64,000 bases of DNA from Candidatus Latescibacterota bacterium. GTDB taxonomy: Bacteria > Latescibacterota > UBA2968 > UBA8231. Below the pieces are notes generated by a model. It ran no database searches. It had not been told where the DNA came from and saw only the letters and a program-made list of their open reading frames with translations. This document shows positions 10,381-20,052 of this stretch, in pieces (position 1 is the stretch's first letter; every line of letters starts with the position of its first letter). The stretch is from positions 2,976,001 to 3,040,000 of the forward strand of contig CBDFJF010000002.1 in the NCBI GenBank assembly GCA_965248265.1, given 5' to 3'. The position numbers were made by a program, and so were the translations under genes.

Positions 10381-12084
10381 TCACTCGCGGGCGTTGACGT
10401 ACTCCTTGACCCGCTCTGGAAAATACTTGAGAAGACTCTGCGTGATGTTGGGGGCTGCCACCCCCAGACCGCATGCGGAAGTCGACATCATGGTTTCTCC
10501 CATGTCCGTTACCTCACGACGCCACAGCTCCAGGTCACTGGGTCCAACCCGGTTTCCTGCCAAGCGCTCGGTCAACCGTTGTGTGCCGAGGCGGCAAGGA
10601 AAGCACTTGCCGCACGACTCCTCGGCGAAGAACTCCATGGCGGCGTGGGCGACTTCGATCATGTCTCGACTGTCGTCAAAGACCATGATGCCGCCAGCGC
10701 CGAGAAAGGATCCCGCGCCGCGGATACTGGGTTCGTCCAGCGTGACGTTGAGATCGTCGCCAGCCAGGAATCCCCCGGACAGACCGGCCATGGTCACGGC
10801 TTGGATCGAGTGGTTTTCATCGCTTGGACCACCGGCCCACTCATTCAGCAGCGTCTGCAGCGGCAGGCCCAGGGGAACCTCATAGTTGCCCGGGTGCATG
10901 ATGTCGCCGGAAAGGGAGATCAGTTTCGTGCCAGCATGGTCGCCCAGGCCGAGTCCTCTGTACCAGTTGGCGCCATGTTTGATGATCGGTGGCGCGGAGA
11001 CCAGGGTCTCCACATTGTTGACCACCGTCGGCAGGTTTTCGAAGCCATGAGTGACAGGGAACGGGGGACGGTTCCTTGGGAAGGGGTGTTTCCCCTCCAG
11101 GCTGTTGAGGAGTGAGCCTTCTTCACCACACACGTAGGCACCGGCACCACGACGCAGGTAAAGCTCGAAATTGAAATCGGAACCAAGGATACCTTCGCCA
11201 AGCAGGTTCTGGCTTCGGGCCTCCACGATCGCGGTCTCCAGGATTGCTGCAGTCTCCGGGTACTCGTAGCGCAGATAGATGAACCCCCGAGTGGCACCCG
11301 TCGCGTAGGCGGCCAACAACATGCCCTCGATCACGGCATGCGGATCGTAATCCATGATGGCGCGGTCCTTGAAGCATCCCGGTTCGCCCTCGTCGGCATT
11401 ACAGACGATGGACTTGGGCGTGCCATCGGCCTCAGCCACGGCTCTCCACTTCTGCCCGGTCGGAAAACCGGCACCGCCGCGTCCCGCCAACCCGCTCTCA
11501 GTAATCGTCTCGATGACGCCGTTAGGGTCCGACTCACGCACGGCCTGCTCGGTGGCTTCATACCCCCCCGTGGCTATGTACCCGCTCAGGCTGGACCGGC
11601 CGGGTTCACGCACGTGGGCAAACACACACTCCTCGCCGGCCGCGGGATTTGCAGACGGCAGAGGGGAGGGTGTGGCGCACAGGTTTGATGCCGTCTTACC
11701 AACAAGGACCTGGTGACCCCGCAATACGGGAATGGGCTCGTCGCAACGGCCGGCACAGGGCATCGGGGTGGCGCCGCTGTCTTCGAGGGACTTGAGCAGA
11801 CTACCCGATCCGTGCAGGCGGCACACGGGTCCGTCGCACACCCTTGGTGCGGTTTGCCCAGGTTGGTTGCGAGAGAAGTGGTGATAGAAGGTGACGGTGC
11901 CGAACAGCTCTGCCAGTGGTATGCCAAGCCCATCGGAAACTTCGCGCACGGCCTGATCGGAAATCAGTTGGTCGCGATCGTGATAGGCGTGCAGGGCGGA
12001 CAGCAGTGGTGCCGGTTGGTCGATCCAGCCGTCAATGAGACGGCCGTTTTCTGTTGATGAATCCAAGTGTGCTGTCACGTCCAA
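10381..12084 (-). CDS. NuoE-NuoF (FdsG-FdsB-like) fusion, NAD(H)/FMN-binding subunit of formate dehydrogenase
   Basis: VTFYHHF and CDGPVC..CAGRC (2Fe-2S); GRGGAGFPTG, NADEGEPG, GAGAYVCGEE, ESCGKCFPCRLG. Confidence 0.92.
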   Translation of the reverse strand: MDVTAHLDSSTENGRLIDGWIDQPAPLLSALHAYHDRDQLISDQAVREVSDGLGIPLAELFGTVTFYHHFSRNQPGQTAPRVCDGPVCRLHGSGSLLKSLEDSGATPMPCAGRCDEPIPVLRGHQVLVGKTASNLCATPSPLPSANPAAGEECVFAHVREPGRSSLSGYIATGGYEATEQAVRESDPNGVIETITESGLAGRGGAGFPTGQKWRAVAEADGTPKSIVCNADEGEPGCFKDRAIMDYDPHAVIEGMLLAAYATGATRGFIYLRYEYPETAAILETAIVEARSQNLLGEGILGSDFNFELYLRRGAGAYVCGEEGSLLNSLEGKHPFPRNRPPFPVTHGFENLPTVVNNVETLVSAPPIIKHGANWYRGLGLGDHAGTKLISLSGDIMHPGNYEVPLGLPLQTLLNEWAGGPSDENHSIQAVTMAGLSGGFLAGDDLNVTLDEPSIRGAGSFLGAGGIMVFDDSRDMIEVAHAAMEFFAEESCGKCFPCRLGTQRLTERLAGNRVGPSDLELWRREVTDMGETMMSTSACGLGVAAPNITQSLLKYFPERVKEYVNARE

Positions 12085-12181
12085 CCGGTAGATGATGGTG
12101 AGGGTGAGGGTGGCCGACGCTGAAGAGTGGGTTGATCGGGTTCAATAATATAGGAAGAATGTCGAACCTCGGGGCAGGCAT

Positions 12182-12266
12182 AAAAAAAGGACGCCCTCCC
12201 GCATCCTCTTCCCTGGCGGGAAGCTGACTTGAGAAGGGCGCCCTAGGCGGGTACCACTCAGAGCTG
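12182..12266 (-). ncRNA. Candidate sigma54-dependent small RNA or attenuator leader ending in an intrinsic terminator
   Basis: 13-bp stem AGGGCGCCCUUCU/GGGAGGGCGUCCU encloses the hairpin CUUCCC-GCCA-GGGAAG and is followed by a U-run; lies just downstream of a sigma54 promoter. Confidence 0.55.
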
Positions 12267-12276
12267 TCACATACTT

Positions 12277-12292
12277 AGCAACGCGCATGCCA
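12277..12292 (-). promoter_or_regulatory. Sigma54 (RpoN) -24/-12 promoter
   Basis: TGGCAT-GCGCG-TTGCT matches TGGCAC-N5-TTGCW; AT-rich tract immediately upstream. Confidence 0.75.
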
Positions 12293-12608
12293 CTATTAAT
12301 ACCAAGTAATACTAAATTATATGAACTGATTGTTTTTAAAAGAGTTAAGGAATTTTAGTGGCAGCGTCGGTGGCGTTTTTCGCGGCGTTTTAATGCAAGA
12401 ATGACGAAAGAAACGAGCCATGTTTGCCAGCTGTGAGTAAATACGTCCGGTGGGACCGTGCATGAAAGGGCGTCGACCCATCAAGGCATCAATACAGCAC
12501 CGGCATGTCGTACAGCTGCCCACGTCACAGGGCGTTAAGTCGATTAAATGAGTCTGTTTTGGGTAACCTTGTCGAGGTCCTAAAACCGACGTAACCGCTT
12601 AGAATCAA

Positions 12609-12637
12609 TTGACATATAACACATGCCTTTCTATATT
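12609..12637 (+). promoter_or_regulatory. Sigma70-type promoter
   Basis: TTGACA-17 bp-TATATT. Confidence 0.7.
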
Positions 12638-12689
12638 GCGGCATTGAAAGCGTCACTTGGCACAATGTCGGTTCACCAGAGTATTGGTC

Positions 12690-13001
12690 ATGATCTGGAC
12701 AATCGTTGCCGTTCTCCTCGTCTTGGGCGTCAAGTTTGTCACTTCGCTCCGGCTGAAGGATCTCAAAGTAAAATTCGAGGCGATTCAGCCTAAGATAGAC
12801 GAGTTGCGAACGGAGCTCGCCGTCGCCGAAGACGAGTTCGAAAGCCTGAAGATCAAAGAAGAGGCGACTCAGACGAGGTTGACTCACCTCAAAGGGATCG
12901 TGTCGTATCTGGAGAATCAGATCAAGGCTCCGGACAACACTGCGGTCCTTGATGAGCGTCAAACCGTTCTTGAGGCGGCTGCAACCGAAGAACCCGCCTG
13001 A
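12690..13001 (+). CDS. Hypothetical membrane-anchored coiled-coil protein
   Basis: Hydrophobic N-terminus MIWTIVAVLLVLG followed by an E/K-rich heptad helix; downstream of a consensus promoter. Confidence 0.7.
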   Translation: MIWTIVAVLLVLGVKFVTSLRLKDLKVKFEAIQPKIDELRTELAVAEDEFESLKIKEEATQTRLTHLKGIVSYLENQIKAPDNTAVLDERQTVLEAAATEEPA

Positions 13002-13139
13002 GCCATTTCAACGATTTTAGTACCGCCTGCTCCCAGCCGACCCAACGTTCTGCAGCAGCACCCCACCCTCAGCCACCTCGTGATCCAACTGTCTGTCCAA
13101 CCTATATATATCGGTCCTCAGTCGATGAGATCGCTTTGA

Positions 13140-13898
13140 TTGAGCGATGACGATCGCATTAATACAACAATGACGGTCGCCGATTACAAGAGTCATTACC
13201 GCGCTGACGCCGAGTTCATTGAGGATCCGTCGCAGCTGTCTTCGGTGCGCCGGAACTCAGAGCGACGACGGCTACAGCGGATCGTGCGGATTCTGCGCCT
13301 GCGACCTGAAGACAGGGTCCTCGACATCGGTTGCGGTTCTGGATGGTTGGCGTCGATGTGCGCGGCACGGGGTGCCAGCGTCACTGCCACGGATGTGTCA
13401 CAGACCGGAGTCCTGGCGGCCCAGCACCGGTATCTCAGTGAAGTCAGGGCGTTCGCGGTCGGCGACGCCTACAACATGGGCCTGCGTTCGGGTTGTTTCG
13501 AGGTCGTCCTGCTTTCCGAGGTCGTCGAACACATGGAGGATATCCAAGCGGTTTTGCGGGAGGCCTGGCGTTTGCTGAAACCCGGCGGGCGCTTGCTGGT
13601 CAGTGTACCCAACAGCGAAACCATCGTTCAACACCTCTGCATACACTGCAATCAGCTGACACCGGCGAATGCCCATCTGCACCGATTCGAAGCAGATTCA
13701 ATACGTGCGCTGATAGAAGGGGAGGGTTTCAGGGTGCGGCAGCTTTCGTTGCTTACCAATAAGCTGCTGGAGTTGATCGCCTTCCCTCACTGGACCCGGC
13801 ACTGGCCGCATTGGGCCTGGTTTGCGTGTGACTGGCTCTGCAACCGAATTATCCGCAAGCCAGCTTTCCTGCTTGCTCTGGCCACACGAAGCAGCTGA
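13140..13898 (+). CDS. Class I SAM-dependent methyltransferase
   Basis: VLDIGCGSG, SEVVEH, LLKPGG.L..SVPN. Confidence 0.9.
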   Translation: MSDDDRINTTMTVADYKSHYRADAEFIEDPSQLSSVRRNSERRRLQRIVRILRLRPEDRVLDIGCGSGWLASMCAARGASVTATDVSQTGVLAAQHRYLSEVRAFAVGDAYNMGLRSGCFEVVLLSEVVEHMEDIQAVLREAWRLLKPGGRLLVSVPNSETIVQHLCIHCNQLTPANAHLHRFEADSIRALIEGEGFRVRQLSLLTNKLLELIAFPHWTRHWPHWAWFACDWLCNRIIRKPAFLLALATRSS

Positions 13899-13899
13899 C

Positions 13900-15468
13900 A
13901 TGAGCAATACCGGGCGTGGTGGTCGTGGAGGACTCACGCGCCGGGTGGGCATCGTCGCGTGTGGGCGCGCCGCCAACGTCTTCAGTCTGCTCGCTATCAT
14001 CCCGATCCTGGCTGGAGCCTGGCCGAGAGAGGAGTTCGGTCTCTTCAGGGCAGTCTGGTTTCTAGGCAACACACTTGTGCCGATCTTTCTGGTCGGCCTT
14101 CCAACGTCGTTGTTGTATTTCTTTCCACGGGCGGGGTCAACGGGTCAACGATCTCTGGTAGTGAGAGCAGCCCTCGCCCTGGCCGCCTCGGGCGGTTTGC
14201 TTGTCCTGCTTCTGAACATCGCGGCTCCGCACGTGACGCCGATGCGGCAGTCACTCGGATATTTGGTCGATGCAACAGCGGGTGGGAGCAGTGACTGGGC
14301 GCCCATGTTGTATCCTTTCGCGCCCTACTTCTTCTCTCTGGTCGCCGGTGGATTTGCCGAGTCGACTCTGGTAGCAGCAGGTCGTCCGGCCCAGCAAGCT
14401 GTGCTGGCACTGGTAGGAGCTGCTGGGTTGGTTGCGGTTGCATCTTGTGGGGCTTTGCTGAGCGGTACCACTGTGCAAGTGGCAACCGGCTTGTCCGTGA
14501 TGGGACTTGCACGCATGGTCCTGGCCTACGTCATGGTGGCCCGAATCGTGGGCACAGGCTCGGCTCGGGTTCCGACGCCAGAAAGCGTGGGCGAATCCTC
14601 CATTCGGGAGCTGGTGCGGTACTCCATTCCGATCGCCATGAACGATACGGTCGGGGCCCTTTCACGGGCAGTCGATCGGGTGGTCATCGTCATCTTCTTT
14701 TCGATTGGGCAGTTTGCCATCTATGATGTCGGTGCCCTCGAGGTGCCTGTCAGTTTGTTGCTGGCGGCCGTAGTCACTGTGCTGATTCCCGAAATCAGCC
14801 GGCTCTCGTCGGCAGGTCAGCTGGACCAGATCGGAACTCTGTGGAGACAGGCGGTCGGTCGTCTGTCACTGATCACGATCCCCCTCTTTTTCCTGCTTTT
14901 TACTCATGCCGGCCCGATTATTGCCGTGTTCCTGAAGCCGGAGTACCAGCGGGCGGAGTGGGTATTCCGCGTGTTCCTATTGGCATTGCCGCTACGCAGT
15001 GCGATTTACAACCCCATTCTCGTTGGCATGGGGAAAGCCTCGTGGGCACTGTGGGGTGGGGTTGGCGATCTGGTGTGCAACATCATCCTCAGCATCGCTC
15101 TGGTGCACCTATTGATGAGCCAATGGGGTACCGAGTGGGCGATCCTGGGGCCGGCATTCGCAACCGTGGTCTCTACCTATGCTCAGGTGGTGGTTCTCGT
15201 CCTGTTGATCGCCAGGCATCTTCACTGGCCTGTGTCGGAGCTGATGCCTTGGGCGCAACTGCTGAGGACCACGGCTCTGTCTCTCTGTGCGGCTGCGGTC
15301 AGCCTGATCCTGAGTCAAATGCTGGAGCAAGCAGCGGTCAAACTGGCTATTGGGGTGTTGTCATTTGCATTCGTGATCCTGGCCGTGAGCTGGATGCATG
15401 CTGGCCAACGCGAGGAAATCAGGTCCCTGTTGGTCTCGTTGAGGAACCGGCGTGAGCTTGAGCCATGA
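13900..15468 (+). CDS. Wzx-like oligosaccharide flippase / polysaccharide biosynthesis protein
   Basis: About 14 hydrophobic segments; EEFGLF, GLPTSLLYF and YSIPI..D..G..S...DR patterns. Confidence 0.75.
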   Translation: MSNTGRGGRGGLTRRVGIVACGRAANVFSLLAIIPILAGAWPREEFGLFRAVWFLGNTLVPIFLVGLPTSLLYFFPRAGSTGQRSLVVRAALALAASGGLLVLLLNIAAPHVTPMRQSLGYLVDATAGGSSDWAPMLYPFAPYFFSLVAGGFAESTLVAAGRPAQQAVLALVGAAGLVAVASCGALLSGTTVQVATGLSVMGLARMVLAYVMVARIVGTGSARVPTPESVGESSIRELVRYSIPIAMNDTVGALSRAVDRVVIVIFFSIGQFAIYDVGALEVPVSLLLAAVVTVLIPEISRLSSAGQLDQIGTLWRQAVGRLSLITIPLFFLLFTHAGPIIAVFLKPEYQRAEWVFRVFLLALPLRSAIYNPILVGMGKASWALWGGVGDLVCNIILSIALVHLLMSQWGTEWAILGPAFATVVSTYAQVVVLVLLIARHLHWPVSELMPWAQLLRTTALSLCAAAVSLILSQMLEQAAVKLAIGVLSFAFVILAVSWMHAGQREEIRSLLVSLRNRRELEP

Positions 15469-18092
15469 AGCCTATCCGCCATCATGGTCCGGCCGCCGCC
15501 TGGCTCAGTCTCGGGTTGTTGGCGGTGCTGACCTATCACAACACCTTCGGCAACAGTTTTCACTTCGACGACAGTCACTCCATCGTCGACAATCCCCACA
15601 TTCGCTCGCTCGAAAACATTCCCCGGTTCTTCGTCGACCCAACCGCATTCTCGGTGATGCCGCAAGGGGCCATGTACCGGCCTCTGCTTCTGGTTTCTTA
15701 CGCAGTCAACTACGCAGTCAGCGGTTACGAGATCTTTTCCTATCACGTCGTCAACCTCCTCCTCCACATCGTCAATTCAGGACTGGTGTACCTGCTGGCG
15801 CTTCGCCTGCTGCGGTGCAGCCGTACGGCTTTGCTGTGCGGGGCTTTATTCGCTGTACACCCTGTGCTGAGCGAACCAGTCAACTATATAAGCAGCCGTT
15901 CATCGCTGCTGTGCACCCTGTTCTTCGTGTCAGCATTCCTCGAGTTCTGCAAGTTGACGGATCCGGGGGCTGCTCGCTGGCGGCGACTGACGGTGCTGGT
16001 GCTTTTTTCCCTTGCCCTGTTCAGCAAGTCGATCGCGGTCGGTTTTCCGCTGGTTATCGTCTTATTCCTGCTCATGGCTCGTCCACCCCACAATCCGTGG
16101 GGTACCGTCATTGCAACCGTCGTCGTCGACGCGATTTACATGCTATTGTCGCGGGGATTGATCGGCAAGGCAATGTTCGAGCCGGTGCGCGATCTGGTGG
16201 CGCATTGGGCGACACAGCTCAAGGCGCTCCCGTTCTACACGATGATCGCCACAATGCCTGCCCGTCTCAGTGTGGAACACCAGTTTTTCGCGGCAGCGGG
16301 GTTCTGGAATCTGGCTGCGGGACTCGGAGCGCTGGTTCTGGTCTCGGTTCTCTTATTGGCCTGGCGTACCCGCGCGAGATGGCCGGCGGCGGTGTTCGGA
16401 ACCGGTTGGGCCGTGATCGCCATCATTCCCTCGGCCATCGTGCCCCTGAATGTGCTCGTAAACGAACACCGGCTTTACCTGCCGATGGTGGGTGCTGTGC
16501 TGATGGTGGGAGAGGTGTTCCGGCATTCGAGGCGCAGCTCGTCCTTCGTCGTCGGCATGCTGGCGGTGCTCACGATCCTTACGATCCAACGCAACCACGT
16601 CTGGGAGACCGAGGAGAGTCTGTGGGCAGACGCTGTGCGCAAAGGACCGCAGATGGCGAGGCCGTACGTCAATCTCGGGAAGGCGCTTCTGGAAGACCCG
16701 CAGGGCCACCGCCTGCAAGAGTCCATCGACGTCAGCCGTCAGGCACTTATGATCAACCCGGCGCTGCCACGGGCTCACTACAACATCGGCACCGCGTACC
16801 TCAGACGCGGAGACCGAGAGTTGGCCGTCGCCAGTTTTGTCCGTGCGCTGGAGGGTGAGCCGGACATGATGGAAGCACACATCAATCTCGGTGTCACCCA
16901 GAAGGAGTTGGGTCGCCATACGCAAGCTCAAGCATCATTCCGGCAGGCATTGGAGATCGCCGATTTCGCCGAAATTCATCACAACCTGGGCAGCAGCTTC
17001 CTGGCGGCGCTGCAGCCCGACTCAGCTGCGGTCCACTTTCGCGCCGCCCTGACCAGAGACCCGGAAAAGAGAATCGCCTATGAAGGCCTGGCCAAGAGCC
17101 TTCGATTCGAAGGGCGCCATCGACAACAAGCGCTCGATGTGCTCTCGGTAGCGTTGGCGAAGTGGCCACGCGATAAAGAGCTATTGCTCCTTAAGGGTGA
17201 TGTGCACGCGGAGATGGGGAGCGAGGAGCATGCAGCACAGGCCTACCGAACGGCGAATCTCGGCGAAGTAGCGGTGCGTTTGCGACTGGGCTCAGCGGCG
17301 CGCAAGCGGGGTGATTGGACGGATGCCCGCCAGCACTACGAGACCGCGGCCGGTCAGACAGGATCTGATCCGCGGGTCCTCGGCGCGCTCGGCGAAGTGC
17401 AGTTGTTTGAGGGCAAGATCCAGGAAGCGCTGGGAAGTTTTCGTCGAGCCGCGCGTCTCGACCCCGAGTTCGTGTCCGCCTACGTCAACATCGGCCTGGC
17501 CAATCTCAAGCACGGAGGCCGTGCGCGCGAAGCGATTGCCGCGTTGGAGAGGGCTACGGAGCTGTCGCCACGGTCAGGCAAGGTGTGGGGGCTATTGGGA
17601 TGGGCGTACGATCAGAAGGGGGATGCTGAAGCGGCCATCACGGCGTACTCGCGAGCCGTTGAGTTGGCGCCGGAGAATGCGGAGCAGTACCACCGCCTGG
17701 GAATGGTCTATCAAAACCAGGGTGTATGGTCCGAGGCAGAACGCCTCTATAAGGAGGCATTGGTGCGCGATGGCACCCTGGCACAAACGCACTTCAATCT
17801 GGGATTCGTCTACCTCGAGCAGGAGCGGTTCGAAGAGGCGGTGACGCAGATCAAGGGTGTGCTGGAGTTGGACCCGGGCAACATAGACGCTTATTTGAAC
17901 CTCGCCTCCGCATACCTCGGGGTATCTGCTGAGGAGCGAGCCGTGACAGCCTACGAGCGTGCGCTCGAACTGATGGAGGAAAAAGACGCCAGACGCCCCA
18001 CGCTAATCACTCGGTTGGCAGTGTTAAAACAGACGATGGCTGCATCGAATCCTGACAGGGAATCCTCGACACAGTACGAACGTTACCGGTGA
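15465..18092 (+). CDS. TMTC-like GT-C membrane glycosyltransferase with C-terminal TPR repeats
   Basis: FHFDD..IVDNP, YRP, HP..SEPVNYISSR, NEHRLYLP; many TPR motifs (AHYNIG, AYVNIG, THFNLG). Confidence 0.8.
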   Translation: MKPIRHHGPAAAWLSLGLLAVLTYHNTFGNSFHFDDSHSIVDNPHIRSLENIPRFFVDPTAFSVMPQGAMYRPLLLVSYAVNYAVSGYEIFSYHVVNLLLHIVNSGLVYLLALRLLRCSRTALLCGALFAVHPVLSEPVNYISSRSSLLCTLFFVSAFLEFCKLTDPGAARWRRLTVLVLFSLALFSKSIAVGFPLVIVLFLLMARPPHNPWGTVIATVVVDAIYMLLSRGLIGKAMFEPVRDLVAHWATQLKALPFYTMIATMPARLSVEHQFFAAAGFWNLAAGLGALVLVSVLLLAWRTRARWPAAVFGTGWAVIAIIPSAIVPLNVLVNEHRLYLPMVGAVLMVGEVFRHSRRSSSFVVGMLAVLTILTIQRNHVWETEESLWADAVRKGPQMARPYVNLGKALLEDPQGHRLQESIDVSRQALMINPALPRAHYNIGTAYLRRGDRELAVASFVRALEGEPDMMEAHINLGVTQKELGRHTQAQASFRQALEIADFAEIHHNLGSSFLAALQPDSAAVHFRAALTRDPEKRIAYEGLAKSLRFEGRHRQQALDVLSVALAKWPRDKELLLLKGDVHAEMGSEEHAAQAYRTANLGEVAVRLRLGSAARKRGDWTDARQHYETAAGQTGSDPRVLGALGEVQLFEGKIQEALGSFRRAARLDPEFVSAYVNIGLANLKHGGRAREAIAALERATELSPRSGKVWGLLGWAYDQKGDAEAAITAYSRAVELAPENAEQYHRLGMVYQNQGVWSEAERLYKEALVRDGTLAQTHFNLGFVYLEQERFEEAVTQIKGVLELDPGNIDAYLNLASAYLGVSAEERAVTAYERALELMEEKDARRPTLITRLAVLKQTMAASNPDRESSTQYERYR

Positions 18093-18251
18093 CCAGAAAC
18101 TCATCCAGGGTGTAGATCTGTTGCCAACCAGGAGCAATGCCTGGCGCGATTCAAGGCTGATTTCGTTGACGCTGTTCCAAGCTGGCTCTTAACTTTGGGT
18201 CATTCGTAAAGCCGAATGCAGAGCCTGATCACCCAATCCTGACAGACAACC

Positions 18252-18728
18252 ATGAATCTCACCGATCCGTGGAATCACCTGCTGCAACCCTTGTTCCAGC
18301 TGCATCCGCTAGATTGCGCGATGGAAAGACTGGTCGTGAGTGGCGGCGCTGACGATGAAGCGATCAGTACGGTCGAGTCTGTGTTGGAGAGTCCGTTGCT
18401 GGAGGGGAAGGCGACGCTCGAATCCGCTCTGTGGCTCTACATCGACGATCTGGACCGAAGTCATACCGTATCACAGGGAATCGAGAATTCCACCGGCTCA
18501 TACTGGCACGGAATCATGCATCGCAGGGAGGGTGATTTCTCGAACAGCCATTACTGGTTCAACAAGGTTGGGGCGCATCCGGCCATCGACCTGATCGACG
18601 GCTATGACCCTCACGACTTCATCGATGAAGTCGAGAAGCGCCACAGTGCTCAGTCGCAGGACTTGATCGCTCTGCAGCGGCGCGAGTGGCAGATCCTGTT
18701 CGAGTGGTGTGTACGTGAGGAGGAATGA
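18252..18728 (+). CDS. Conserved hypothetical protein
   Basis: SHTVSQ...YWHGIMHRREGDFSNSHYWF motif; immediately upstream of hom. Confidence 0.75.
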   Translation: MNLTDPWNHLLQPLFQLHPLDCAMERLVVSGGADDEAISTVESVLESPLLEGKATLESALWLYIDDLDRSHTVSQGIENSTGSYWHGIMHRREGDFSNSHYWFNKVGAHPAIDLIDGYDPHDFIDEVEKRHSAQSQDLIALQRREWQILFEWCVREEE

Positions 18729-18732
18729 GGCA

Positions 18733-20052
18733 ATGACCCGAGCGATCAGCGTAGGTCTCATCGGTCTGGGAAACGTCGGCACAGGCGTCGTTCGCCTGCT
18801 GAGCGAGAATCCGGGGGCCATGGGCCGTCGGGAGCACGCAGACTTCCGACTGTGCAAAGTGGCCGTGGGCGATCCCGCGAAACCCAGGGAGCTTGAGCTG
18901 GCGCCGGGTGTCCTCACCGGCGATGCCGCAGACGTATTGACGCACGAAGAGGTGGATGTCGTTGTCGAGGTCACGGGAGCGGCCCCAGCTTACGAATGGA
19001 TCAAGACGGCACTGCAAAACGGCAAGGACGTCGTCACAGCGAACAAGGCGGTGATCGCAGAGCACGGCGAGGAACTGTTCCGGCTGGCGGACCGTATGCA
19101 GGCGGAGATCCTGTTCGAGGCGAGTGTGGCCGGTGGTATTCCCGTGATTCGCTCGCTGCGATCGGGTCTAGTGGCGAATGAAATCGAGTCGCTGTATGGC
19201 ATCCTCAACGGCACGACGAACTATATCCTCACGCGGATGACGAGGGGCGAAGGAGGGTACCGGGACATCCTCGCGGATGCGCAGGCGAAGGGGTACGCCG
19301 AGCCGGATCCGACCATGGACGTGAGTGGCATGGATGCGGCGCAAAAGCTGTCGATTCTCAGTCGCATCGCCTTCAATACCGGAGGCACGGCCAACGAAAT
19401 CTACTGTGAGGGCATCGAGAGGATTGAGAGCCGGGACATCGAATACGCCCGGGAGTTGGGATATACGATCAAGCTCCTGGCCATCGCCAAGCGCAACAAG
19501 GAGGTCGTGGAGGCGCGGGTCCATCCGGCTATGGTACCTTCGGAGTCGTTGCTGGCGAACATTCATGATGAGTACAATGCCCTGGAGGTCGTCGGCAGTG
19601 CCGTGGGTCGCCAGGTGTTTTACGGACGTGGGGCGGGACAGATGCCCACGGCGAGTGCCGTGGTCGCGGATCTTGTGTCGTTGGCCGAGCGCAAGAAGTC
19701 CGGCTCTGGTTCCTCTGTGGGCGATTTGATATCGGACGACCAGACGCCGAGGAGTTTCGCTGACATCAACTCGACACAGATCCGTTACTACATGCGGATG
19801 ATTGTGGCTGACCGTCCCGGGGTTCTGGAGCACACAGCACGAATCCTTGCCGAACAGCAGATCAGTATCGCCTCCGTCATGCAGCAGGAGCGTGACCTAG
19901 AAGGCGGTGCCGTGCCTCTCATCATCGTGACGCACGAGGCACGGGAGGCGGCCATGGCACAGGCCGTTGGAGAGTTGAACCTGCTCGACTTCGTGCGCGA
20001 GAATGTCCGACTCATTCGCATGGAGGATCTTGGAGAAGGCGGGGCGAGTTGA
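18733..20052 (+). CDS. hom: Homoserine dehydrogenase with C-terminal ACT domain
   Basis: GLGNVG, VVTANK, FEASVAGGIP, GILNGTTNYIL, GYAEPDP. Confidence 0.96.
   Translation: MTRAISVGLIGLGNVGTGVVRLLSENPGAMGRREHADFRLCKVAVGDPAKPRELELAPGVLTGDAADVLTHEEVDVVVEVTGAAPAYEWIKTALQNGKDVVTANKAVIAEHGEELFRLADRMQAEILFEASVAGGIPVIRSLRSGLVANEIESLYGILNGTTNYILTRMTRGEGGYRDILADAQAKGYAEPDPTMDVSGMDAAQKLSILSRIAFNTGGTANEIYCEGIERIESRDIEYARELGYTIKLLAIAKRNKEVVEARVHPAMVPSESLLANIHDEYNALEVVGSAVGRQVFYGRGAGQMPTASAVVADLVSLAERKKSGSGSSVGDLISDDQTPRSFADINSTQIRYYMRMIVADRPGVLEHTARILAEQQISIASVMQQERDLEGGAVPLIIVTHEAREAAMAQAVGELNLLDFVRENVRLIRMEDLGEGGAS

Noticed and set aside
12182-12266. Moco/tungsten-cofactor riboswitch upstream of fdh
   Set aside because: The context is attractive, but the element is too short and lacks the Moco motif's recognisable conserved segments.
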